Origin: Streptomyces sp. WGS_02
GTDB lineage: Bacteria > Actinomycetota > Actinomycetes > Streptomycetales > Streptomycetaceae
NCBI GenBank assembly: GCA_040989845.1
Contig: JAYMFZ010000004.1
Location: forward strand, 2,656,824-2,688,823
Direction: 5' to 3'
DNA: 32,000 bases
In this document: piece after piece, positions 25,790 to 32,000 of the stretch
How positions within the stretch are numbered: position 1 is the stretch's first letter
How the letters are laid out: each line of letters starts with the position of its first letter
Position numbers and translations under genes: made by a program
Notes under the pieces: model-generated
The model's input: only the letters and a program-made list of their open reading frames with translations
What the model was told of the DNA's origin: nothing
Databases searched by the model: none

Positions 25790-26401
25790 ATGTTCGACGG
25801 CGACCGGCCCTATCTCCCGAGCGACGCCCTGGACCGGGAGGCGGCCGAGGTCGTCGCGCGGGCGGCGGGAGCGGAGGATCCGGGGGCGGTGGTGGACCCG
25901 GACTCCGTGGAGTCGCCGGCCCGGGCGGCCCGCCGCCTCCCGCCGTGGCCCGACACCGTGGCGGGGCTCGCCCGCCTCGCCGGGCGCTTCCCGCTGATCG
26001 GCCTGTCCAACGCGAGCCGGACGGCGCTGCCGGAGCTGAACGCCCACGCCGGGCTGCGCCGGCACCAGGCGCTGTCCGCGCAGGACGCCCGTACGTACAA
26101 GCCGGATCCGGCGGTCCACCGGCTCGCCGTCACCTTCGCCGGGCTGCCGCCGGAGCGCCTGCTGATGGTCGCCGCCCACGCCTGGGACCTGCGCGGCGCG
26201 CAGGCGCTGGGGCTGCGCACGGCGCATGCGGCCCGCCCGGTCGGCGACCCGCCCACGCCCTCGGACCGCTTCGACCTCCATGCCGAGGACCTGACGGATC
26301 TGGCGGGTCAGCAGGGGGCATCCTGGGGACGGGGGAACACGGCGCTCCTCAGCTCAGCGGGCAACCGAGCGGGAGGACGCGTTCGGTCAGCCGGCCGGTG
26401 A
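25790..26401 (+). CDS. HAD-superfamily (haloacid dehalogenase type II-like) hydrolase, N-terminally short/degenerate, possible remnant
   Basis: LPPWPDTVAGLARLAGRFPLIGLSNAS...TYKPDPAVH...LLMVAAHAWDLRGAQALGLRTA matches HAD motifs II-IV. The protein starts MFDGDR, with no normal DxDxT context and a short cap region. The last ~90 nt have poor GC3 and overlap the convergent gene by 53 nt. Confidence 0.5.
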   Translation: MFDGDRPYLPSDALDREAAEVVARAAGAEDPGAVVDPDSVESPARAARRLPPWPDTVAGLARLAGRFPLIGLSNASRTALPELNAHAGLRRHQALSAQDARTYKPDPAVHRLAVTFAGLPPERLLMVAAHAWDLRGAQALGLRTAHAARPVGDPPTPSDRFDLHAEDLTDLAGQQGASWGRGNTALLSSAGNRAGGRVRSAGR

Positions 26402-27943
26402 GGAGGGTGTCGGTGACGTCGGCCTCCGCCAGCCAGTCCGCGGCGGTCAGCCGGTCCACGAGGTCCGGCAGGTCGGCGGGGTCGACGGAGCACCCGGAGG
26501 ACAGGGCGTCCAGGCCGACGCCCTCCCCTCCGGGCCCCAGCCGCCCTTCGCCGTCGGAGCCGGTGGCCAGGGCCAGGGCGAGAAGCCGTACGTCGGCGCC
26601 GGTCTTGCCCTTGCGGAGCTTCTTCTCCCCGACGACCCGCTGGGCCCATCCGCTGAGCTTGGGGCGCAGCTTCCTGCCGAACGTGAACGGCCCCGGGTCG
26701 TCCTCGTCGGGCGTGAGGGACGGCACGCTGATCCGGGTGGGGCTCTCCGGGCGGGAGGCGATCAGTTCCTCGACGGTCCCGGAGATACCGAGCCAGCCGG
26801 ACTCGACCAGCTGCCCCACCAGGTGCTCGGGATCCTGCAGGGGCAGCCCCTTGATGTCCTGCCCGACCAGATTGCCGACCCCGGACTGCGCGGTGCGCAG
26901 CGTCACCATCAGCACCAGCAGGCGCGCCTCGGCTCCCGGCAGGGGGCGTTCTCGGCCACGTGGGCCAGGACGGCTCGGGCGTGGTTCCACTGCGCGGGGG
27001 CGGTCAGCAGCCGTACGACGGCGTGCCCTTCGCCGTCCGGGGCCTGGCCGATGCGGTGCAGATGCTGGAGGCGGGCGGTGGCGGCGGCCTGTTCGGCCCG
27101 CTGGGCGTCGAGGCGCAGCCCGGTGTCGGCGGTGACCTCGGCCCAGGCGCTGAAGGCCTCCGCTTTACGCGCGTGGAGGTCGGCGAGCATCGCGAGGTCG
27201 GGTTCGGTGCGGGCCTGGTAGGCGCGGAAGAGTTCGCCGAGCTCGGTGAGTTCGTCCCGGAGCGCGACGGGCCGCAGGTCGTGGGGGACGAGGCGCTGAG
27301 CGATCCTCCCGCGCGGGTGCCGCTTCCGCGTCGGCCTCGCGGACCGGGGGGCGGAGCGGGGCGACGACGTCTGTTGGGGGACGGCGGTGGCCGTGGTGGT
27401 GGCGGCGCTGTGCGAGAAGTGCGGGCTGATCGCCGAGAAGGTCGGCGTGTGGACCGCGGGGGCCGCGGGAGCTGCGGTCCCGGCCCGGGGCCCGTCGTTC
27501 CTGGCCGGTGCCTCGGTGGCGGCCGGAGCGGTGGCGACGACCTTCGCGGTGGGGTGGGCGGCGGCGCAGCGCGAGCAGCACTCCATGACCTGCCACCAGC
27601 GCCCTTCCCGGTCCGTGATGACGGCCAGGACGACCGCTCCCCCGCACCGCCAGGGCACGGGGCGCTCACGCGGCCCGGCGGGCCGGATGTGCGTATGGCA
27701 CTCCTCGGCCCGACAGGCGCAGTGCACGGAGGGGCGGGGGGCGGGGCCGGCGCGCAGGTGGGCCTTGAGGTGCGCGATCGCCGCCGTGCGGCCGGCGGCG
27801 GCGGAGGGCAGCACCTGCGCCGCGCAGGCCGGGCGGCTGCACGAGACGCGTACGTCCGCACGACCGCGGCCGACCGGGTCCAGCCGCACCGTCCACCGGC
27901 GTCCCGTCACGCGTTCGTTCGTCGCGTGGGCCTCCACACCCAT
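26349..27943 (-). pseudogene. Cys/His-rich orphan protein (~531 aa), frame broken by an apparent 1-nt deletion in a G/C-run
   Basis: ATG 27943 follows GAGGAAGG. The N-terminus has CSRPAC...HLKAH...CACRAEECHTH...CC..C, followed by an Ala/Pro/Thr linker and a helical C-terminal half. ORF 26909..27988 (…AVLAHVAENAP) joins ORF 26349..26990 (LPGAEARLLVLMVTLRTAQSG…) when one nt is restored at GGGGG 26942-26946. Length is 1595 nt (2 mod 3). Confidence 0.6.
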
Positions 27944-27970
27944 CACACCTTCCTCGACGACTGTTCGTAT

Positions 27971-28018
27971 GCGCACCGCGGCAGCCACCCGCCTGTGCAG
28001 GCGGCTGCCGCGGTGCGC
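27971..28018 (-). other. Long near-perfect hairpin in the leader of the Cys-rich gene
   Basis: GCGCACCGCGGCAGCC (27971-27986) pairs with GGCTGCCGCGGTGCGC (28003-28018). An inner GCCTG/CAGGC extension is also present. The hairpin lies 28 nt upstream of ATG 27943. Confidence 0.6.
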
Positions 28019-28153
28019 GGCGTGTCACAGTCTGCTACGCCGGGCAGTCCGGATTCCGGCCCACAACACCAACGAGGGTCCGCCGTTCGGGTGACGGCCT
28101 CGGCGGGCATGTGGCCGGATTCCTGCCCTGGCGGTGTGGCCCCGGACGGCACA

Positions 28154-28194
28154 CCCGCGCCCGCCGTCGTGGGAAGAACGACGGCGGGCGCGGG
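28154..28194 (-). terminator. Terminator hairpin after the OmpA-like gene
   Basis: CCCGCGCCCGCCGTCGT / gggaaga / ACGACGGCGGGCGCGGG, a 17-bp perfect stem 34 nt after the stop at 28228 on the minus strand. Confidence 0.65.
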
Positions 28195-28227
28195 TTGCGA
28201 GGTACGGGCAGCGGTGTCGGGAAGGGG

Positions 28228-28875
28228 TCAGGACCCCTCTCCGCGCGGGAAGGAGACCTCCACGCGGCGGTTCTTCTTCCGGCCCTCTTCGTTGCTGTTG
28301 CTGGCGATCGGGTACTGCTCGCCGTAGCCCCGGATCTCGTACGTGACGGTGGGGCCGAGCTGCTTCGACAGGACCCCGTGCACGGCGTCGGCCCGCTGCT
28401 TGGAGAGGACGTCGCCGTGGGCCGAGGAACCGAGGTTGTCGGTGAAGCCGAAGACGCGGACCTTGGTCGCGTTCTGCTTCTTGATCTCCTCGGCGATGGC
28501 GGCGATACGGGCGTTGGCCGCCGAGCTGAGCTTGGCACTGTCCTTGCCGAAGAGGACTTCGGCCTGGAGCGCGAACTTGATGTCGGCGTTGCTGTCCTCG
28601 CGGCGCTCTTCGCCGCCTAGGTCTTCGACCACCTGGACGATGTCGAGGACGCGGCCGGGGGCGAGGGTGCCGCCTTCGGGCATCTTGAGGTCGGGGTCGT
28701 TCGGGTCGACGGGCACGGGCGGCTCCGACGTCGCCTCCGTACCGGGCGGGACGCTCGGGCCGTCATCGGCGTACGAGGGTGACGCGCCGAGCAGCGTCGT
28801 GCCGGCGATCAGCACGGCGACCGCGACGGCTTGTCCCAGGTTGCGCGCCGCCCGGGGGCGCTGGGTGGTCTTCAT
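28228..28875 (-). CDS. Secreted OmpA-family (OmpA_C-like peptidoglycan-binding) protein
   Basis: ATG 28875. Signal peptide MKTTQRPRAARNLGQAVAVAVLIAGTTLLGASPSYA|DD. C-terminal domain: FALQAEVLFGKDSAKL...VRVFGFTDNLGSSAHGDVLSKQRADAV...GYGEQYPIASN...NRRVEVSF. Confidence 0.88.
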   Translation of the reverse strand: MKTTQRPRAARNLGQAVAVAVLIAGTTLLGASPSYADDGPSVPPGTEATSEPPVPVDPNDPDLKMPEGGTLAPGRVLDIVQVVEDLGGEERREDSNADIKFALQAEVLFGKDSAKLSSAANARIAAIAEEIKKQNATKVRVFGFTDNLGSSAHGDVLSKQRADAVHGVLSKQLGPTVTYEIRGYGEQYPIASNSNEEGRKKNRRVEVSFPRGEGS

Positions 28876-28883
28876 GGCCGCGT

Positions 28884-29501
28884 TCACCCAGAAATCTTCA
28901 GCGAGGTGGTGGCGAAGGTCGGAAGGCTGAAGTCGACCTCGGTCGTGTCCTGCGGCGGGGCGGGGAACTGCATGAAGATCGGTGCCGACTTGCCCGGTGC
29001 GAGGGACGTGATCGCCGTGGTGCACAGGCAGCGGGAATCTGTGTCCCGCAGCACGTAGTAACGCTTCTTCCCCGCCTTGTCGACCAGCGTCGCACCGGCG
29101 ACCGAGTTGGGGTTCTTGTTCACGATGTTCACCTCCGAGCCGGCCCAGCCCGAGGTGGTTCGCGCCTGGTCGCCCTCGTTGGTGATCGCGCCCTGCACGG
29201 TGAGGAATCCGCCGGAATCCCGCTTGACCTCGTTGACGACCAGAACCAGGCCGCCCTGCCCGCGTGTCTCCGCGAGTTTCACATCCGGGTCCACGTTCTC
29301 GCCCGCAGCCGTGTCCTCCTGCTGCGACTCGCCCTTGTCCTCCGCGGAGGGGCTGGCCGGGGCGGACGGCGCGCTGGAGCCCTCGTTGCCGGGCTTCTCG
29401 CCTCCGTCGTCGCCACAGCCGGCGAGAGCAAAGGCCAGAGCAGCGGTCATGCTGACAGCCGCCGTGGCCCTTCTGGTCGTCGTGGTCCGCCGCATGCTCA
29501 T
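28884..29501 (-). CDS. Lipoprotein of unknown function (beta-sandwich-like)
   Basis: Lipobox AFALAG|CGDD, GAGGAA RBS, 205 aa. The stop is 8 nt before the OmpA-like start. Confidence 0.75.
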   Translation of the reverse strand: MSMRRTTTTRRATAAVSMTAALAFALAGCGDDGGEKPGNEGSSAPSAPASPSAEDKGESQQEDTAAGENVDPDVKLAETRGQGGLVLVVNEVKRDSGGFLTVQGAITNEGDQARTTSGWAGSEVNIVNKNPNSVAGATLVDKAGKKRYYVLRDTDSRCLCTTAITSLAPGKSAPIFMQFPAPPQDTTEVDFSLPTFATTSLKISG

Positions 29502-29535
29502 GGTCCGATTCCTCTACTCGTCGTTCGCTTCGCTG

Positions 29536-30144
29536 TCACTGGTCGACCAACCGCACGTCGAAGAGAGTCCTGCTCACCGTCTCCCAGGGTGGAGGGCTGG
29601 CCGGTGCGATCTCGAGAACCTTGCCGTTCCGGCACGTGAAGATGAAAAGGTCCATGATTCCGTCGCTGTTGGCGTCCACAGCCTTCGGGCGGGGGCACCG
29701 GAACTCGATGAGCGCGGTGGCCTCGGCTTTGGCCTTCTTGTTCTCCGAGCCGGGCAGTACCGAGGAGTCGACCGCCTTCAGGCCCTGGACCTCGACCGTG
29801 ATCCGGTCGCGCAGATATCCAGGAGTCGGATAGCACGATTCCATTGTGGCGCCGTTGGCCGCCGCGAGACGGTCCGCCTCGTAACAGGGCGCAATGAAAG
29901 GCGTGTTGAGGAACACGTCCAGCATATTGGTGGGGAGCGAGGCGTAGAAGCCCGTCCCGAAGTCGTCGCGTGCCTGCTGGGCGGCGGCCAGAGCGGCGGC
30001 GTCCGCCGCACCCTGGGAACCGTTGCGCAGAGCCGAGGCCTTACCGACAGCGAAGAAGGCCAACGCAAGGAAGAGCAGGCCCGCCACCATCATCACGTAG
30101 ATGGGGAAGGCCTGCCCTGCGTCGCCGTGTTGGCGCTTATGCAT
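29536..30144 (-). CDS. TadE/TadG-like (Tad_N, pseudopilin-type) pilus assembly protein
   Basis: ATG 30144 overlaps the pilin stop (TGATG). The N-terminus MHKRQHGDAGQAFPIYVMMVAGLLFLALAFFAVGKA matches the TadG-like N-terminal hydrophobic segment. The upstream two thirds of track ORF 29536..30588 is an out-of-frame read-through of the pilin gene. Confidence 0.7.
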   Translation of the reverse strand: MHKRQHGDAGQAFPIYVMMVAGLLFLALAFFAVGKASALRNGSQGAADAAALAAAQQARDDFGTGFYASLPTNMLDVFLNTPFIAPCYEADRLAAANGATMESCYPTPGYLRDRITVEVQGLKAVDSSVLPGSENKKAKAEATALIEFRCPRPKAVDANSDGIMDLFIFTCRNGKVLEIAPASPPPWETVSRTLFDVRLVDQ

Positions 30145-30374
30145 CAGCCCGAGACGATGGAGGTCACCAGTCCGTCGATGCGGCTGGAGATGTTCCCGCC
30201 GATCCCGGAGGCCGCGATCGCCCCGATGATCGCCACGACCACCAGAATGATCCCCAGGTACTCGAACGCCGTCTGCCCCCGGTCCTTCGCCGCGTAGCGC
30301 TTCTGGATCGCGCTGACGGCGGTGTTGGCCCAGCCGTTGACGCGGACGGCGGTCTTCACGGTGATGTCCGACAT
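30144..30374 (-). CDS. flp: Flp family type IVb pilin (prepilin, 76 aa)
   Basis: ATG 30374 with GGAGGGG 6 nt upstream. Leader MSDITVKTAVRVNGWANTAVSAIQKRYAAKDRG, then the processing motif G|QTAFEYLGIILVVVAIIGAIAASG (G/XXXXEY plus a hydrophobic helix). Confidence 0.85.
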   Translation of the reverse strand: MSDITVKTAVRVNGWANTAVSAIQKRYAAKDRGQTAFEYLGIILVVVAIIGAIAASGIGGNISSRIDGLVTSIVSG

Positions 30375-30513
30375 GGTGTTCCCCTCCGGGTTCGGCCGAC
30401 CGGTTGCCGGCCGACTCGCACGTTTCTGCGGTGCCGCCCTCGTTACCGGCTTCCTCCTGGCCGGTGCCGCTGGCGACAGGAGAAACATAGGGGGGAACCC
30501 GCATTCCCACAGA

Positions 30514-30539
30514 GGGCCCGTGGGCCCATTCCCGGGCCC
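30514..30539. promoter_or_regulatory. Three GGGCCC palindromes upstream of the pilin gene (candidate regulator site)
   Basis: GGGCCC at 30514-30519, 30522-30527 and 30534-30539, inside the 210-nt gap between the response regulator stop and the pilin start. Confidence 0.25.
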
Positions 30540-30584
30540 AAAGAGCCTTCTGGGTCCACCCGTCGCGGAATCGCTCGGTCATGG

Positions 30585-31553
30585 TCACGGCTGCCGCCCG
30601 GGGTTCCGGGGCGCGGTGCCGAGCCAGTGGGCGATGGCCTCGCTGCGGGTGGCGCTGTGGAGCTTCGTGAAGATGCGGTTGATGTGGTTCTTGACCGTCT
30701 TCTCACTGATGAAGCAGGTGGCGGCGATCTGCTGATTACTCATTCCGGACGCAATCAGGTCCATGACCTCCACCTCCCTCGAACTCAGCCCGAACTGCTG
30801 CCTGTTGGGGGTGGATACCGACCCCCCGGATACAGAAGACTGTCCCACAACTGGTTGCAGTTGCGAAAGGCTTTCCGAAGGTTCGGTGGTGTGCGGGGGC
30901 AGTGGGGCCGGCGCCGTGGCCAGTGCCGAGCCCAGGCCCTCGGGGAGCGGGCCCCGCTGGGGCGGCGTGCCGTGGCGCATATGGGCCAGGAGGGCGTCCG
31001 CGGCGGTGACGGTGAAGTTGGCGCGGCCGTCCTTCGTGTCGCGTACCGCCTGGACCAGCTGGTTCGCCGTGAACTCGCCGTGCACCAGATAGCCGCCCGC
31101 GCCCAGCCGCAGCGCCTCGTGGACGATCTCGCTCTCGCGGCTGTATGTCAGCATCAGCACAGGTGCGATGCCGACCAGGTGCGGCAGGGCCGAGATGCCG
31201 TCCACGCCCGGCATGCGGACGTCCAACAGGACGACGTCGGGGCGGTGTTCGAGCGTCCTCTCGTACGCCTCGCGGCCGTCCGCCGCCTCCGCGACCACCT
31301 GGATGTCCGCCCGGCCGGACAGCAGTACGCCCAGGCCGGCCCGGACCACCGGGTTGTCGTCCGCGACCACGACGCGGAGACGTTCGGCGGCCGGGGCGGC
31401 AGGCCCCGGGAAGAAGGGGGACGGGGACGGGATCGCAGGGGGTCGAGGGTCGGGGGCCGGGGTGAGCGGGATGGGCGGCGACGGGTGCTGGGGGGCGGGG
31501 CGGTGAGCCGCCGCCCCGTGGCTGTTCGGCGCAGGGGAGACATCGTCCGGCAT
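30585..31553 (-). CDS. LuxR/NarL-family response regulator with a Pro-rich N-terminal extension
   Basis: ATG 31553 follows GAGAGGAGG. About 56 aa of Pro-rich sequence, then REC (RVVVADDNPVVRAGL...VVLLDVRMPGVDG...VLMLTYS...GAGGYLVHG), a ~70-aa linker, and the LuxR HTH (LSSREVEVMDLIASGMSNQQIAATCFISEKTVKNHINRIFTKL). Confidence 0.88.
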   Translation of the reverse strand: MPDDVSPAPNSHGAAAHRPAPQHPSPPIPLTPAPDPRPPAIPSPSPFFPGPAAPAAERLRVVVADDNPVVRAGLGVLLSGRADIQVVAEAADGREAYERTLEHRPDVVLLDVRMPGVDGISALPHLVGIAPVLMLTYSRESEIVHEALRLGAGGYLVHGEFTANQLVQAVRDTKDGRANFTVTAADALLAHMRHGTPPQRGPLPEGLGSALATAPAPLPPHTTEPSESLSQLQPVVGQSSVSGGSVSTPNRQQFGLSSREVEVMDLIASGMSNQQIAATCFISEKTVKNHINRIFTKLHSATRSEAIAHWLGTAPRNPGRQP

Positions 31554-31580
31554 GCTGCGACCTCCTCTCAGGGTCGAGGG

Positions 31581-32000
31581 TTACGGGTGAGTGGCGTGTC
31601 CGTATTCGGCTGCTGGTGCGGAAGCACGTACGGGTACGGAAGCGGGCCGGGGAGCCGACGACGGGCTTTCCACGGACCCGCCCGCCAGCGCCGCCAGCGG
31701 GAGCTCCACCCGTACCTCCGTCCCCTTCTCCGCCTTCCCCCGCCCGATCCTGATCCGGGCCCCGATCGACGCCGCCCGCTCCACCATGCCGACCAGGCCG
31801 AAGTGGCCCGCCCGGCGCAGTGCTTCCAGGGTCGTTCCGGCGGGCAGGCCGCGGCCGTCGTCGTACACGGTGACGCGGAGCATGTCGCCCTTCACGCCCG
31901 CGAGGACGATCAGGTACGTCGGGGACGCGTGGCGGTGTGCGTTCTCCATGGCCTCCGAGGCGACGGTGAGGAGCTGGCGGGCCACTGCCTGCGGGACCGG
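31581..32000 (-). CDS. Sensor histidine kinase (HisKA_3/NarX-LiaS type), only the C-terminal HATPase domain is in the window
   Basis: N-box EAMENAHRHA, G1 YDDGRGLP and G2 GHFGLVGMVERAASIGARI. The frame is open to the window end. TAA stop at 31581, 27 nt before the regulator start. Confidence 0.85.
   Translation of the reverse strand, partial: PVPQAVARQLLTVASEAMENAHRHASPTYLIVLAGVKGDMLRVTVYDDGRGLPAGTTLEALRRAGHFGLVGMVERAASIGARIRIGRGKAEKGTEVRVELPLAALAGGSVESPSSAPRPASVPVRASAPAAEYGHATHP

Noticed and set aside
25945-28327. ORFs 25945..27135 +, 26960..28327 + and 27004..27861 -
   Set aside because: They are antisense or out-of-frame to the HAD-like and Cys-rich genes. Their Arg/Gly/Pro composition is extreme and they lack RBS context.
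30375-30588. GTG-initiated ORF (start of track ORF 29536..30588 -) upstream of the pilin, MTMTERFRDGWTQKALWAREW...
   Set aside because: It would have to read through the entire pilin gene out of frame before merging with the TadG-like frame. GC3 is only intermediate. The pilin and TadG-like genes each have their own strong start context. I treat the region as the pilin's non-coding upstream region.
1-32000. Mobile elements, prophage, integrase/transposase, tRNA/rRNA, toxin-antitoxin or known defence systems
   Set aside because: No ORF in any frame shows DDE/tyrosine-recombinase, phage structural, Cas, restriction-modification or other known defence-system motifs. I found no terminal inverted repeats or tRNA-like cloverleaf sequences on inspection.

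Overview
Very GC-rich actinomycete (Streptomyces-type) chromosomal segment, annotated by hand from the sequence and the ORF track. Many long ORFs in the track are antisense or out-of-frame artefacts of the GC bias. I picked genes by recognisable protein motifs, third-position GC, RBS and start context, and overlapping stop/start coupling. Region 1-19 kb holds conserved housekeeping and stress genes: an edge-truncated class A PBP, an SPFH + ribbon-helix-helix pair, a PadR / ABC ATPase / FtsX-permease operon, the oxyR / ahpC-ahpD divergon, an AI-2E transporter, a secreted lytic transglycosylase with a long structured leader (ydaO / c-di-AMP riboswitch-like), PIN-PhoH2, a cis-prenyltransferase, an aldo-keto reductase, an AlkZ/YcaQ-type winged-helix glycosylase, a small orphan and a SAM methyltransferase. 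Region 19-32 kb is the unusual part and is enriched in Flp/Tad-related and orphan envelope genes. It has an A24 prepilin peptidase divergent from a DUF192 gene, a PIG-V-like membrane mannosyltransferase, and a 679-aa protein with an INTERNAL Flp-pilin module between a 4-TM N-terminal region and a ~440-aa C-terminal domain. It also has two lipoproteins, a HAD-like remnant, a Cys-rich orphan, and a minus-strand cassette of histidine kinase - LuxR response regulator - Flp pilin - TadG-like - lipoprotein - OmpA-like. No TadA/TadB/TadC/TadZ genes, rRNA, tRNA, CRISPR, transposase or integrase were seen. Five otherwise conserved genes carry single-nucleotide frame disruptions, four of them at C/G homopolymers, so assembly indel error is more likely than true pseudogenisation. 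Non-coding features include several strong intergenic hairpins, three GC-rich tandem repeat arrays and a candidate C-rich (6C-like) sRNA. All coordinates were counted by hand and may be off by a few nucleotides for non-CDS elements.
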